Below, piece by piece: positions 20,310 through 31,266 of a stretch of 64,000 nucleotides of DNA. Each line of letters opens with the position of its first letter. Within the stretch, counting starts at the first letter, position 1. The translations under genes were made by a program, and so were the position numbers. Under the pieces are notes generated by a model that saw nothing but the letters and a program-made list of their open reading frames with translations, had not been told where the DNA came from and made no database searches. Source of the stretch: an uncultured delta proteobacterium (GTDB lineage Bacteria > Myxococcota_A > Polyangia > Polyangiales > Polyangiaceae); NCBI GenBank assembly GCA_963716725.1, contig CAVQUB010000001.1, positions 128,001-192,000 of the forward strand, read 5' to 3'.

Positions 20310-20733
20310 GGAGGCAATTAGGTACTACAAGAACCGCCGCGACGCGCTCTTCCGATTCGTCGACGACCCCATGGTCCCCATCGACAACTCTCCCACCGAG
20401 CGGGAGTTTCAGAATGTCGCCAAGCTCCGCCTCAACATGCTCTTCGCCGGCAGCACCGAGGGCGCACACCGCGCCTGCGTCCTCCTCGGCATCGTTGCCA
20501 CCTGCCGCGCCCAGGGCGTCCCCGCGCAGGCGTAGCTCGCCTGGGCTCTCGAGCGCCTCGGTACCCACCGCGACAGCTTTGCGCTGCCGCTCGAGGCCAT
20601 GACGCCTGCGGCCTTCAAGAAAGCGCTGGGCTGATCCCCACGCACGATTCTTCGCGACCCGCATCCCGGCGTCGCTGATGGGTCACGTTCTTCCAGCTTG
20701 CCGAGTGGCGCATGTCTGCGACGGCCAGTTGAC
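20310..20733 (+). mobile_element. IS66-family TnpC C-terminal remnant
   Basis: PIDNSPTEREFQNVAKLRLNMLFAGSTEG...IVATCR; in-frame TAG at 20532-20535. Confidence 0.8.
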
Positions 20734-20822
20734 TTGGGGGAGCCCCGGCTCGGCAGTCGCGGCGCGCACCCACGCGATTTCGCTTCACCACCTAGCACCC
20801 GGTCCGGCGTACGCTGGCCTCC

Positions 20823-21584
20823 ATGACTCTTCTTCACGTCGAAGCTCGCGGTGTGGGTGCGCCCGTCGTGCTCTTGCACGGATCCCCGACTACTCCCGCG
20901 CACTTGCGCCCGCTCGCGGCGCGGCTGTCGGTGCGCTACCGGACCTTGCTGGTGCACCTGCCGGGCTACGGCGAAAGCGCCGCGCTCGAGCCGTACAATC
21001 TGGCCGCGAGCCACGGGCTCGTCGAGGACTCGCTCGCTGCAAGCGGCCTATCCGAGGCGCATTTTGTAGGCTTTTCGGGCGGTGCCTACCGGGCGTTCGC
21101 CATCGCCACGCGCGCCAGGCTGCGCGTGCTGTCCATCGTGGGTCTCGCCGCAATCGCTGAGGTCTCGCGCGTGGAGGGGGCGACGCTCGCGGGCTTCGCG
21201 CAGATGCTCCGCGCAGGCGGGGTCGATCCGGGTCCGATCCTCGAGCAGCGTATGCTCTCGCCGGAGGGTCGGATGAACCGGGCCTGGGTCGCGGACGTCA
21301 TATCTTGGGGTGCCGCGATCGCGCCGCCCCACCTCGCAAGCGAACTCGAAGCTTTCGCGTCGGCCCCCGACCTCCGCGTCGCGGTCGCGAAACTGGACGT
21401 TCCTGTTCTCCTTCGCGTCGGCGCGCTCGACGTGGCTTCGCCGCCTGCGCGCTCGACACTCATCGCGGCGGTCGCGAAGCGAGCTACCCTCGAGGAGGTC
21501 GCGGGCGCCGGGCACGCGCTCCTTTGCGAGGACTTCGACGCGACGGCGGCGTCGATCGAGCGCCACCTGCGCGCGGCCGAATAG
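20823..21584 (+). CDS. Alpha/beta-fold hydrolase
   Basis: VVLLHG, LPGYGES, nucleophile elbow GFSGG, GALD, AGH. Confidence 0.88.
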   Translation: MTLLHVEARGVGAPVVLLHGSPTTPAHLRPLAARLSVRYRTLLVHLPGYGESAALEPYNLAASHGLVEDSLAASGLSEAHFVGFSGGAYRAFAIATRARLRVLSIVGLAAIAEVSRVEGATLAGFAQMLRAGGVDPGPILEQRMLSPEGRMNRAWVADVISWGAAIAPPHLASELEAFASAPDLRVAVAKLDVPVLLRVGALDVASPPARSTLIAAVAKRATLEEVAGAGHALLCEDFDATAASIERHLRAAE

Positions 21585-21599
21585 CTACCGAGTGGGAGT

Positions 21600-21980
21600 T
21601 CAGCAATTCGACCAGAGGGCGGCGATGAGCTGAGCGCGGTTCTCGCAAACCGCCTTCTGGAGCAACGCGGTCACGTGAAGCTCAACCGTGCCTTCGACGC
21701 ATCCGAGCGATGCGGCAATCGTCTTGTTCGCATACCCGCGCGCGAGCAACGCGAGGACGTCGGTCTGGCGGGGAGTCAGTCGCCACTTTGTTGCCGCACG
21801 GAGGACGCGGGCTCGCGAGCTGACGGCCGCTTCCCGGAAGAAAACGAAGAAATGGTCCGGCATCCCGCGGGCGACGACCCTCCTGACGTCCACGCCGGGG
21901 GTTTGGCTGCGCAAGCAACTCGCCAATGTGCGTTGGAGGTCCTGGCGGTCCGCCTCGAGCAACGTGCGGCCCGTGCGGCG
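21600..21980 (-). pseudogene. LuxR-type HTH regulator, N-terminally truncated
   Basis: LTPRQTDVLALLARGYANKTIAASLG...TVELHV; the 5' side is joined to unrelated Gly-rich and IS sequence. Confidence 0.7.
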
Positions 21981-22068
21981 GAGCAGCAATCCCCGCCGTT
22001 GGATCCGCACTGGCCGCCGGTGCCACCGGTGCCGCCGGTGCCGCCACCCCCGCCGCCTCCGCTCCCCC

Positions 22069-22535
22069 TCTGGGTGGCGAAAACCCGGTGCGCGGCGTGA
22101 TCTGCGCTTTCCCGGCAAGAGATGAGACTCGGTTCCCGATGCCTGCGGTGGGGTGCGACAGTATTTGCGGCGCGTTCCTGCGAAAGCGCATCGGCGACCT
22201 CGGAGTCGAGGAAGTGGTCACGGCCTACCGCTCGCCGTGGCAAAATCCATACTGCGTGCGCTGGATCGGGACGGCTCGTCGCGACTGTCTCGACCACGTG
22301 ATCGTCTGGAACAAGGCCCAAGTGCGACGGACGCTTCATGAATTTCTCAGCTACTACCACTCGGATCGGACGCGCCAGGGCCTCGCCAACGACTGCCCGG
22401 AGTCGCGTCCCGTCGAGCCTCGCTCGCTGGGTCGAGTCGTCGAGCTTCCGAGGGTCGGTGGACTGCACCACCGAAACACGAGGCTCGCAGCGTGCTCACG
22501 ATTCTGCCGGCGAGGCTGGGTTTTCACCACCCACA
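22069..22535 (+). mobile_element. IS family A, internally deleted copy with both ends
   Basis: TGGGTGGCGAAAACCC...TTTTCACCACCCACA; RSPWQNPYC...RRDCLDHVI...YYHSDRTRQGL. Confidence 0.85.
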
Positions 22536-22599
22536 GCCCGGCACGTGGTGGCGTCGCCGTTCCCGAGTAGACTCGCTGCCCGCCGGACCGGGCGAACGC

Positions 22600-25464
22600 A
22601 TGGACCCGCAGCGACTTCCCCCTCCGCGCCTGTCCCGCGTGCTGCGCCGCACGCGACTCGAGCGCGCCCTCGCGGAAGCGGCGCTCTCGGGCGGCGTCTA
22701 CCTCCAAGGCATCGCGGGCTCGGGGAAGACGACGCTGGTCGCGAGCTGGCTGCGCGCGGAGCGTCGACCCGCGCTGTGGTATCGGGTCAGCCCGACGGAC
22801 GAGGATCCGGCTCGCTGCTTCGAGAGCTTGGGGGCGGCGGTAGCTCCGGCGCTCGAACCTTACACCCCGGGTGCGCCGGCCCCTCGCTTCTTCGCGGAGC
22901 TCTTCTCGCGCCTGCGTCGCCGCACGGCGCTCGTGTTCGAGGACTTCCACCAGGTCGCGCCGGACGGTGCCGTCGCTCGCGCTGCCGCGATCGCGCTCGA
23001 CCAGGCGTCGCGCGATCACCCAGTCGTGCTGGTGAGCCGCGCGGCTCCCCCGCCCGGCGTTGCGCGCGCCCTCGCCCTGCGCGGAGCTCCTTCACTGCCG
23101 TCGCGCGAGCTTCTGCTGACGCACGACGAGCTGGACCGCCTCATGCAATTGCGCCCGGAGTGGCGCCGCTCTGGTCAGTCCGCGAGCGAGCTCATGAGCC
23201 GGACGCGGGGCTGGCTCGCCGCGGTGATCCTGGCGCTGTCGGCGCGGGACCGCGTCGGGCGGGAGACGGCGGGGTATCCGGAGTCGGAGCTGTTCGCGCT
23301 GCTGGCCGAGGACGTGCTCGACGAGCTCGACGCGGAAACACGTAGTGCGCTCGGAGGCGTGGCTTTCTTGCCGGACTTCACTCTCGACGAGGCGGCGCGA
23401 CAGGCCGGAGCCGGTGCTGCCTCGGCGGTCTCCGAGCTCTTCCGCCACGGAGCGCTGATCGAGCAGATCGGCGCCCACCGCATGCGCTTCCACCCGTTGC
23501 TGCAGGCCTTCCTTCGCGAGCGCGTGCCTCCCGCGCGAGCGCGAGAGCTTCGCCAGCGGGCCGCGCTCCACCTGCGGGAGGTCGGCCGTGTGGAGGATGC
23601 CGTCGCGCTCTTGATCGAGAGCGCGAGCGAGCCCGAGCGCGCGAGCGTGGTGCTCGATTGCGCCGACGCGCTCTGGGGCGGCGGGCGCTGGGTCACGCTG
23701 GGGAAGCTGCTCAGCGGGCTCGCGGTCCGCGCTGGCGAGGACCCTTGGCTCGACTTCTGGCGCGCGCGCTTGGCGCTCACCAGCGACTTTGCGAGCGCGG
23801 CGCGGGGTTTCGAACGAGCGAGTCGGGCTTTCGTCGAGCGGCACGATGCTCGTGGGGTGGCGCGTTGCATCATCGGTCGCATTCAGGCCGTCCTGTACGA
23901 AGGCGCGAGCTTCGCCGCGCTCGCGCCCGTCCTCGATGAGCTGGACGAGCTCGACGAGGCGTACGCATCGTTACCGCCCGAGATCCAGGCCGAGCTCGCC
24001 GCTTTCGTGCTGATCGCCATCTGGAATTCTGGGGCCCTGCGGGCACATCTCCCTCGCTGGGCGGCGCGCGCGCACGCGGTGCTCGCTTCGGAAGCGTCAC
24101 CGACGGCTCGCGTGCTCGTCGGCTGCGCGCTGGTCACACACCTCACGTTCGAAGGAGCGGTGGCCGAAGCCGAGGCGGTCCGTCGCTTGACCGCGATCCT
24201 CGCGGACGAGGAGCCGGGGTTGGCCGCCAGCGTCGCCTTTGATCTGGCATCTGCGCGCCTCGACCTGCTCTCGGGTGAGGCGCGCGCGGCGGCCAACTCG
24301 GTCGAACGTGGGCTCTCGCGTCTCCAGCGCTCGGGTCTCAACTTCTGGCGCGACAGCTTGGTATCGACCGGGCTGACCATCGCCCTCACGCTGGGGGATC
24401 TGGCGCGGGCGGAGCAGCACCTAGTGGCCATCAATCAGCTCGCAGCGCGCGGCCGAACCATCGACGTGGGCAATGCGCTCTACGGTGCCACGCTGATCGC
24501 CGTCCACCGCGGCGATTGGCCCGCCGCTGACGCGCTCGCGTTCCGAACCTCCGAGCACGCGGACGCGCTGGGGTTCCCGGCCGCGCAGACGCTCTCGCGG
24601 GCACTGCTCGCGACCTGCCGCCGGCACACCGGCAGAGCCGACGAAGCGCGCGATCTCATGCGGCGGGCGCGCAGCGTCGAGGGCGTACCCCGCGCCTGGC
24701 CCGGCCTTCTGTCCCTGATGGAGGCCGCGTGGGACGACCCACCGCGCCTGGAGCTTCTGCAGAGCGGGTTCGGCACGCTCCGGGAAGCGGGCACTTCAGG
24801 CTTCGTCGCGCTGCTCCGCCCTGTCGATCTGGCGTTGCTGTGCGCGGCGGCGCTCCGCCAGGGCGTCGAGGCAGAACATGTCCGCGCGGTGATCCGCAAG
24901 TACGACCTCGTGCCCCCGGATCCGAGCGTCGAGGGTTGGCCCTGGCGGCTCGAGATCCGAGTGCTCGGAGGTCTCCGCATCGACCCGACGCCGGCCTGGG
25001 GTCGCAAGCGACCCCGTGTGCCGCTTGCGCTTCTCGAGCTCCTGGCGCAGCTCGGCCGGCCGCGGGATCGCCGGGTCTCCCCAGAGAAGCTGATCGATGC
25101 GCTCTGGCCGGACGCGGAAGGCGACGCGGGGCAGCACAGTCTCGAGGTTGCAATCCACCGACTGCGCAAGCTCCTCGGCGACTCGAGCACGGTCCTCGTC
25201 GACCGCGAGGGTGTAGGCCTCGACCCGGCGCGCACCTGGGTGGACGTCTGGCAGCTCGAGCGGCTGGTGGGGGAGGCACCCTGCCCGGAGCGCCAGCGCC
25301 GGATTGCGGCGCTGTACGTCGGTCCGCCCCCGATCCCGCTGGCGCCCGCGCTCGAGCGGGCCATGGCGCGCGCCCTGGCCGGAGCGAGCCCGGAGGTCTG
25401 GGCGGCGATCGCGACCGGAGACCGCGGACTTCGCGGTCGGCTCGAATCGGTGAGCCATCGGTGA
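22600..25464 (+). CDS. MalT-like ATP-dependent regulator with C-terminal SARP/BTAD-type DNA-binding region
   Basis: Walker A GIAGSGKTT, TRGW, RFHPLL, TPR-like helices, EKLIDALWPD...IHRLRKLLG. Confidence 0.82.
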   Translation: MDPQRLPPPRLSRVLRRTRLERALAEAALSGGVYLQGIAGSGKTTLVASWLRAERRPALWYRVSPTDEDPARCFESLGAAVAPALEPYTPGAPAPRFFAELFSRLRRRTALVFEDFHQVAPDGAVARAAAIALDQASRDHPVVLVSRAAPPPGVARALALRGAPSLPSRELLLTHDELDRLMQLRPEWRRSGQSASELMSRTRGWLAAVILALSARDRVGRETAGYPESELFALLAEDVLDELDAETRSALGGVAFLPDFTLDEAARQAGAGAASAVSELFRHGALIEQIGAHRMRFHPLLQAFLRERVPPARARELRQRAALHLREVGRVEDAVALLIESASEPERASVVLDCADALWGGGRWVTLGKLLSGLAVRAGEDPWLDFWRARLALTSDFASAARGFERASRAFVERHDARGVARCIIGRIQAVLYEGASFAALAPVLDELDELDEAYASLPPEIQAELAAFVLIAIWNSGALRAHLPRWAARAHAVLASEASPTARVLVGCALVTHLTFEGAVAEAEAVRRLTAILADEEPGLAASVAFDLASARLDLLSGEARAAANSVERGLSRLQRSGLNFWRDSLVSTGLTIALTLGDLARAEQHLVAINQLAARGRTIDVGNALYGATLIAVHRGDWPAADALAFRTSEHADALGFPAAQTLSRALLATCRRHTGRADEARDLMRRARSVEGVPRAWPGLLSLMEAAWDDPPRLELLQSGFGTLREAGTSGFVALLRPVDLALLCAAALRQGVEAEHVRAVIRKYDLVPPDPSVEGWPWRLEIRVLGGLRIDPTPAWGRKRPRVPLALLELLAQLGRPRDRRVSPEKLIDALWPDAEGDAGQHSLEVAIHRLRKLLGDSSTVLVDREGVGLDPARTWVDVWQLERLVGEAPCPERQRRIAALYVGPPPIPLAPALERAMARALAGASPEVWAAIATGDRGLRGRLESVSHR

Positions 25465-25491
25465 GCGCTCGCGTGGGAGGGTGCAGGCACC

Positions 25492-26829
25492 ATGAAGACC
25501 GACACTACCGGGGTGCGACTCGCGGCGGCTTTGCTCTCTGTTCTTTCGACGGTCGCGGCGTGCGGCGGCGACGACGACGGTGGCGGTGGCGGTAGCGGCG
25601 GGAGTGGAGGAGCAAAGGGCGGCTCGGGCGGCGCGACAGGTGGCAGCGGCGGAGCGTCCGGCGGCAGCGGCGGCTCGGGAGGTTCGACGGGCGGAACGGC
25701 CGGCAGCGGTGGCAGCGGCGGCGCGAGCGGTGGCAGCGGCGGCGCGAGCGGTGGCAGCGGCGGCGCGAGCGGTGGCAGCGGCGGCGCGAGCGGTGGCAGC
25801 GGCGGCGCGAGCGGTGGCAGCGGCGGCGCGAGCGGTGGCAGCGGCGGCGCGTCGGGCGGCAGCGGCGGCGCGTCGGGCGGCAGCGGTGGCGCGTCGGGCG
25901 GCAGCGGTGGCACCGGCGGCGGGGGCGTTCAGCTCACCAGCGTCGCAACCGTGACGGGCTCTCACATGGCGCAGGACCAAACCAACCTCTACGTCGCAAC
26001 GGACGGCGGCGTGAAGAAGATCGTGAAGAGCAGCGGCGCGGTCTCGGATCTGTTCACCCTGACCGGGAGCGGGCCCGATTGCAGCATGGTCGCCGTGAAC
26101 GGCAGCACGGTCGTGGCGATTTGTGCCGTGGTCTCGCCACCCCCCGCGCTACCGATACCAAAAATGGTGGTGTTACGCGCGCCGACCTCCGGCGGCACAC
26201 CCACCGAGGCCTACGTCGCCGCCATGGGCAGCATGAGCGTCGGCGGGCTCACCACGGACGGGTTCAACGGCAGTGCGCCGGGTCCTAACGCCTACTTCCA
26301 TGACGGAAACCAGCTGATGAAGATCCCAGCGGCGGCCGGCGCTGCGACAACCCTCGGAACTGCCACCAGCACCGACCTCAGCCAGGGCTCCAAGTATGCC
26401 GCGCTGGACTCCGGGGCGTACTACGTCGTGGGTAACTCCCAGATCTTGAGCGTTCCGTTGTCGGGGGGAACGGTCACGAAGGTCACCGGCCTCAGCAATA
26501 ACTGGGCAGGCCTCCATGCCGATGGCACGAACGTCTATTTCGTGGAGCAGGGCTCCTGGTTGTGGAAGGTCCCGAAGGGAGGCGGGACCAAGGTCAACCT
26601 CACGCCGAGCGGTTCGCTGTTCACGATGTGCAACTTCGGCGTGCATCCGGATGGAACGTTCGCGTACGGGGTTGCCGACAGTACCGTCGTCAAGCACCCG
26701 TTGGGCGGCGGGGCTCCCACCACGGTGGCGACGGGCTACGCGAGCTCGAACGCCAACTCCGTCTTGTTGGTCGACACGAGCTCGGTGTGGGTGCTCACGT
26801 CACTCGGCCTCTTCAAGGCGCCGAAGTAG
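25492..26829 (+). CDS. Gly/Ser-rich lipoprotein with beta-propeller domain
   Basis: VAAC lipobox; (GGSGGAS)9 linker; DQTNLY, DGTNVYF and VPKGGG propeller repeats. Confidence 0.8.
   Translation: MKTDTTGVRLAAALLSVLSTVAACGGDDDGGGGGSGGSGGAKGGSGGATGGSGGASGGSGGSGGSTGGTAGSGGSGGASGGSGGASGGSGGASGGSGGASGGSGGASGGSGGASGGSGGASGGSGGASGGSGGASGGSGGTGGGGVQLTSVATVTGSHMAQDQTNLYVATDGGVKKIVKSSGAVSDLFTLTGSGPDCSMVAVNGSTVVAICAVVSPPPALPIPKMVVLRAPTSGGTPTEAYVAAMGSMSVGGLTTDGFNGSAPGPNAYFHDGNQLMKIPAAAGAATTLGTATSTDLSQGSKYAALDSGAYYVVGNSQILSVPLSGGTVTKVTGLSNNWAGLHADGTNVYFVEQGSWLWKVPKGGGTKVNLTPSGSLFTMCNFGVHPDGTFAYGVADSTVVKHPLGGGAPTTVATGYASSNANSVLLVDTSSVWVLTSLGLFKAPK
25708..25896 (+). repeat. In-frame 21-bp tandem repeat (9 units)
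   Basis: GGTGGCAGCGGCGGCGCGAGC x6 exact plus 3 variants. Confidence 0.9.
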
Positions 26830-26884
26830 GGCGGCGGGTGAGCGCAGGGGATCCGGCTGCGCCGCCGGCGGGGGTGCCTGGTGC

Positions 26885-27135
26885 TGTGGGTGGCGAAAAC
26901 CCAGTGCGTCGCGTGATCCTTGCGCTTTCCCGGCAAGAGATGAGACTCGGTTCCCCACTGCGTGCGGTCCTCGTTGCGCTGCTTCACTCCGCCCTGTCCT
27001 TCCTGCGTTCTCACCAGTCCGTCGCGCTCGAGATCGTCGCGCTGCGCCACCAGCTCGCCGTGCTCCGCCGACAGGCGAAGCGGCCTCGGATCACCCGCTC
27101 GGACCGGATGCTCTGGGTCGCACTTCGCCGACTGA
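26885..27135 (+). mobile_element. IS family A left end with transposase N-terminal remnant
   Basis: TGTGGGTGGCGAAAACCCAG; ALRHQLAVLRRQAKRPRITRSDR. Confidence 0.85.
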
Positions 27136-27282
27136 CCCCCCGGCAGCTCCGAGGCACCCGTGCTCAGCGTCGGCTGACACGCCGTGCCGGCGTCAGCGAT
27201 TGCGGGGCCGCTTGGCGACCTCTCCTCGGCCGTCGGTTGCGCCGACAAGAAGTTGGCCCAGCTGCGGCGAGGACATGCCATC

Positions 27283-27621
27283 ATGAGCACAGTGGAGGAG
27301 ATAGACTTCGACGCGCTTCGACTGGAGCAGCAGCGGCGCGGTGAGTTCGAGACGCGCCGCGATTTCTGGCTCACGGCGGCGGTAATGACCGCGTTGCTGG
27401 TCCCCATCGGGTCGCTGTTCGGGATTGCAGCGCTGGTGGTGGCCAAAGGATCGCGCGCTGCCATCGACAAGACGGACTGGACGACGGTCGGGACGAAGCT
27501 GGGTCTTTGCCGGGTGCTGGTTGTGGTCGGGACAATCCTCGGCGTGGCTCTCCTCCTCTATCAGGGAGCTTCGGGATTTGCGCTCGTCTTTTCGAGGCCG
27601 GAGTTCGGGAGCATGCGATGA
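27283..27621 (+). CDS. Small membrane protein
   Basis: Two hydrophobic segments; stop overlaps the next ATG. Confidence 0.6.
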   Translation: MSTVEEIDFDALRLEQQRRGEFETRRDFWLTAAVMTALLVPIGSLFGIAALVVAKGSRAAIDKTDWTTVGTKLGLCRVLVVVGTILGVALLLYQGASGFALVFSRPEFGSMR

Positions 27622-28094
27622 TCAGGCCGCGGATCGCTTCCGTCGTCAGCGTGGTGTGGCTCTATCTCGGTTCGGCGTGGGTGCTGATCGGCGCTCTCGG
27701 GCTCTACGGCTACTACTCGATGCAGGGAGCCCTCGATGCGCTCGGAGCCCACAAGGCAGAAGTCCCCACGATCTACCTTTGGTTTCCCCTGCTCACCTTG
27801 GTGCTCGGTGCTGCTGGGATCGTCGGCGCACGAGGTCTGCTCAAATGCAAAGAATCGGGCCGGAAGCTTCTCCGCGGCGTGAGCTTCGGAACGGTAGCGC
27901 TTCTCTTCGCGTTCACCTGGAGCGTTGCTCTGGCCGTCACCAACGCCGGCGACCGCCACTACAGCTCGGACGTCAGCTGGGAGCAGATGAAACTGGCCAT
28001 CGCGGGAATCGTGGTCGGAGGGCTGACGGCAATTCCGTTCATCATCATGGGTCGAAAGCTCGGAAGCGCCCATCTCAGGGTTCAGATGAAGTAA
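27618..28094 (+). CDS. Membrane protein (about 4 TM segments)
   Basis: Four hydrophobic segments. Confidence 0.65.
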   Translation: MIRPRIASVVSVVWLYLGSAWVLIGALGLYGYYSMQGALDALGAHKAEVPTIYLWFPLLTLVLGAAGIVGARGLLKCKESGRKLLRGVSFGTVALLFAFTWSVALAVTNAGDRHYSSDVSWEQMKLAIAGIVVGGLTAIPFIIMGRKLGSAHLRVQMK

Positions 28095-28331
28095 CCGAGA
28101 GCGGGCAGCAGCGACGCCGTTTCAGCTTCTCCTCAGCGAAACCGCGCCACCATGCCGGCGCTCGTCGACCAGCTCACGGCCGACACTTGGTGCACGACGA
28201 CCTCGGGCTTTTCGAGCACGAACTCGTGGCGGGTGAGCGGGAAGCCCAAGGCAGCTTCGACGCCGAAGGCGAGGCCCGGGTCCGGAGAGAGCTCGAGGCG
28301 GCCGAGCGAGTGGGCCGCGAACTACGGCTCC

Positions 28332-28752
28332 CAGCTACGGCGCTGAACATTCTGTAGCCATCACGATGCAATCGCGCGAGGCGAAAACATTCGCTTTTTT
28401 CCGACTCTACGCGCGCCGATGCTGACGCGCCTGTGCGTGCTCTGCTCACGACATGAACAGCCGCTCCGGCCGCGCCTACGACCACCGGATCAAGGAGCAA
28501 CTCGTACGGACCAGAAACCCGGACCTGTTCCCGGAGCTCGGCATCCCGCGATGGACAGCGGAGCGCGGCGGGGCTCAGCCCTTCGCCCCCATCAACCTCG
28601 CCGCCTCGATCGCTCCATACGTATTGTCCTGCCTCCCCTCGCGTCGCTTCGCTCCGCGGTCCCCTCCAAGCCCGGTGCGCGCGAGCGGAGGCGCCTTGCC
28701 AAGACCACCGGCGCCGTTCCGATGCTCCCGCGCACGCGGGCGGAGGGGACGC
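28332..28752. repeat. Composite repeat: IS 'family C' left end + 49-bp hemB 3' copy (28575-28623) + hairpin D
   Basis: Near-identical to 31903-32335; the first ~290 bp match 51686-51977. Confidence 0.9.
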
Positions 28753-28913
28753 TTCGCTGCCCCTCATGGCGCAGTCGGCGCGCCGAGCCCGTCCGCCCGC
28801 TGCGACGCTGCTCGTCGCACGAGCCGAGGCCCACTTCCGCGCACCCCCGCGCACGAAACCGCGAGGCAGCTCGCCGACCCGGTTGATGCGCGCGCGGCAG
28901 TCGGCGAAACTCC

Positions 28914-31254
28914 ATGGCAAGACGAAACGGGGCAGCACGGAGGGCGGGACATGACAGCACGCAGCACGCAGCACGCAGCACGCATCCCAGCAGGCTTGGG
29001 CACGTCGCCGTAGCGCTTGCGCTGCCCATGGTGATCACTTGCAACGACACGCGTGGTAGCGGGAACCACGAGGCACAGCGCAACACCGTTGAGTTCGCCT
29101 CAGCCGGAAGCCTGCTGCCGAGCGAACCCCGATGGGACGACGCGATGGGCGGAGAGGAGCACGTGGTGGACTCCGCCGGTGCTGTCGTCGCGTCCCGGCA
29201 GTTTCCACTTTCCGCAGAGGACGCAGCTGCCGCTGACTCGTTGATGAACGCCGACACAGCGGCCCCGGCGCTCTCAGTCTCGGGGACGCGGTTGGTTCCA
29301 ATCCAGGGTCTTTCCTTCGACGCGGGCGTCCTTCAGGCGTACAGGTATTTGCTGCGCGTGCCGGTGAGTTTTGCAGCGTCTGGCGCAAAGGGGGAGGGCG
29401 CTTCGGGGCCCGCTCCGGAGCAGATCGACGTCGTGAGTCCGGAGCTCGGGGCAGAACTCGCCAAGTCCGACTCGAGCAAACTGATCCGGGTTTCGGTGGC
29501 TCTGCACGAGAAGCCAAAGACGTCACTCGCGAGACGTTTCGTGGCGGTCGAAGCCGCAAGTTTCTTGGCGCCTGCTGCGAGCGACCGGGCCCAACGCATC
29601 GCCGCTCGCGCCTCCGAGGTTGAGTTGCTTCACTCGCCCCTCCGGTCGAGGCTGAACCAAGCAGGAGTTGCCCCGTCGCGTCTCGTGTCCTTCTGGCTTA
29701 CCGGCGGGCTGGCGGGACGGCTGACCGCGAGTGAGGTGGAGGCACTCGCTAGCGATCCGGACGTGCGTTCGATCAGCCTCGACGAGCCTACGTCGGGATC
29801 CCTCGCGAACACATGGGATGGGACGAACGCGTATGTGGGCGGCACCGACGGACTCAATGCGATGCGGTACTGGAATGCCGGCCACTACGGCAATGGCTGG
29901 AACCAAGTGGATGCACGGTACCTTCGACTCGGCCTTGTCGGCGACGGTTTCTACTTCAACCATTCCGCCTTTCGGGACACGCCCGGCGGCCCCTCCCGCT
30001 TCGTGAAGAACTGGGACTGCCGAGACGCGACGTGCATCCAAATCTTCACACCGCTGGGCACCGGCACACACGAAACGCTCGTTTCTTCCGCCGCGGGAGC
30101 AGATGCACTCGAAGGGCAAGTTCCCGGCGTCACCGTCTTGTGGGACCAACTCGACAGGACCGGAGTTGCAAGGGAGGCGCGCATGTTCAGCGCGGAGGGG
30201 ACTTCGCACACGGAGATGATCGCCGCACTACAAAAGATGACCGCTGAAGGTGTTGACGTCGTGAACTTTTCGCGGGGCGACTACGGCGGGGGAGAGAATG
30301 TCTGCGACTACGACTCCATCGTCGAAGACTGGAGTGTGGCAGTGACGCAAGCGCACGACGCTGGGGTTCTGGTTGTCTCGAACGCGGGCAACGTCGGCAA
30401 CCCGCAAGGCACGTGCAGCATCACTCGCTGGGCACAGGCCACGTCGGCTTTCGTCGTCTCCGGCACCGTCGATCCACCGGACAATGGCTACGCCACGAGC
30501 GCCCGCAACGCGGCGTATTCGATAGGCCCGATGAGCGCAAGGGTGTACACGCCGGCGGGAACCTACCAACAGTTCGCCGGAGTCCTCACCGCCATCGATG
30601 CACTCGTGCCGAGTTCTTGGCGATTCGCCGCGACGACTCCAGACAACTTCGTGCTGGGGGGTGGGACGAGCGTTGCCGCACCCCAGGTTGCCGGCGGCGC
30701 GATGCTCGTCAAGAACTCCTTTCTGACGAACGGGTTGACCTACATCGACAGCCCAGGCGTGCTGTTCACGACGATGCTCTCGATGACGGACCGCGCCTTT
30801 GGTACGGGCGCCACGTACGCGGCTTCCAGGTTCGATCCTGCGTGGGGCGGCGGTCGCATGCAACTCCGCTACTTCATGGGCAGCAGCGACCACCCTGCCG
30901 GCGGCGCATGGGGCTTCGACCTGTGGGAGGTGATGGTCTACAACGGCAACGTGATCGACATTCCCGTGCGCGGAACCGGCTGCCATCCAGCAGTTCAAGG
31001 TCTACGCGATGGTGTTCGAGCAGAGCTGGCAGACGGTGGCCGACGTCGACTTGTATGTACGCGACAAGAATTGCGGAGCCGGAAGTGTGGAACTGGGCAA
31101 GGACGAGAGCCGCGACACCAAGAGCATGGTCCGGGTCGGGAGCGTGGCGGCTGGCAAGCAGCTTTGCGTCAGACTCCGTGGCCACGCCGTGCCTCCCGGC
31201 GGGCGTCGGGTCGTGCTCGCGAGCTACTTCAGCGTCGACACACAAACGCGGTGA
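28914..31254 (+). pseudogene. S8 (subtilisin-like) peptidase, frameshifted near 30975
   Basis: GTHET, NAGN, GGTSVAAPQVAG; C-terminus continues in another frame (QQFKVYAMVFE...VDLYV). Start uncertain. Confidence 0.78.
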
Positions 31255-31266
31255 GGAGGTTCGACC

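Noticed and set aside
25708..25896. Possible CRISPR array
   Set aside because: Repeats are contiguous with no spacers and are in frame (GGSGGAS); no cas genes in the window.
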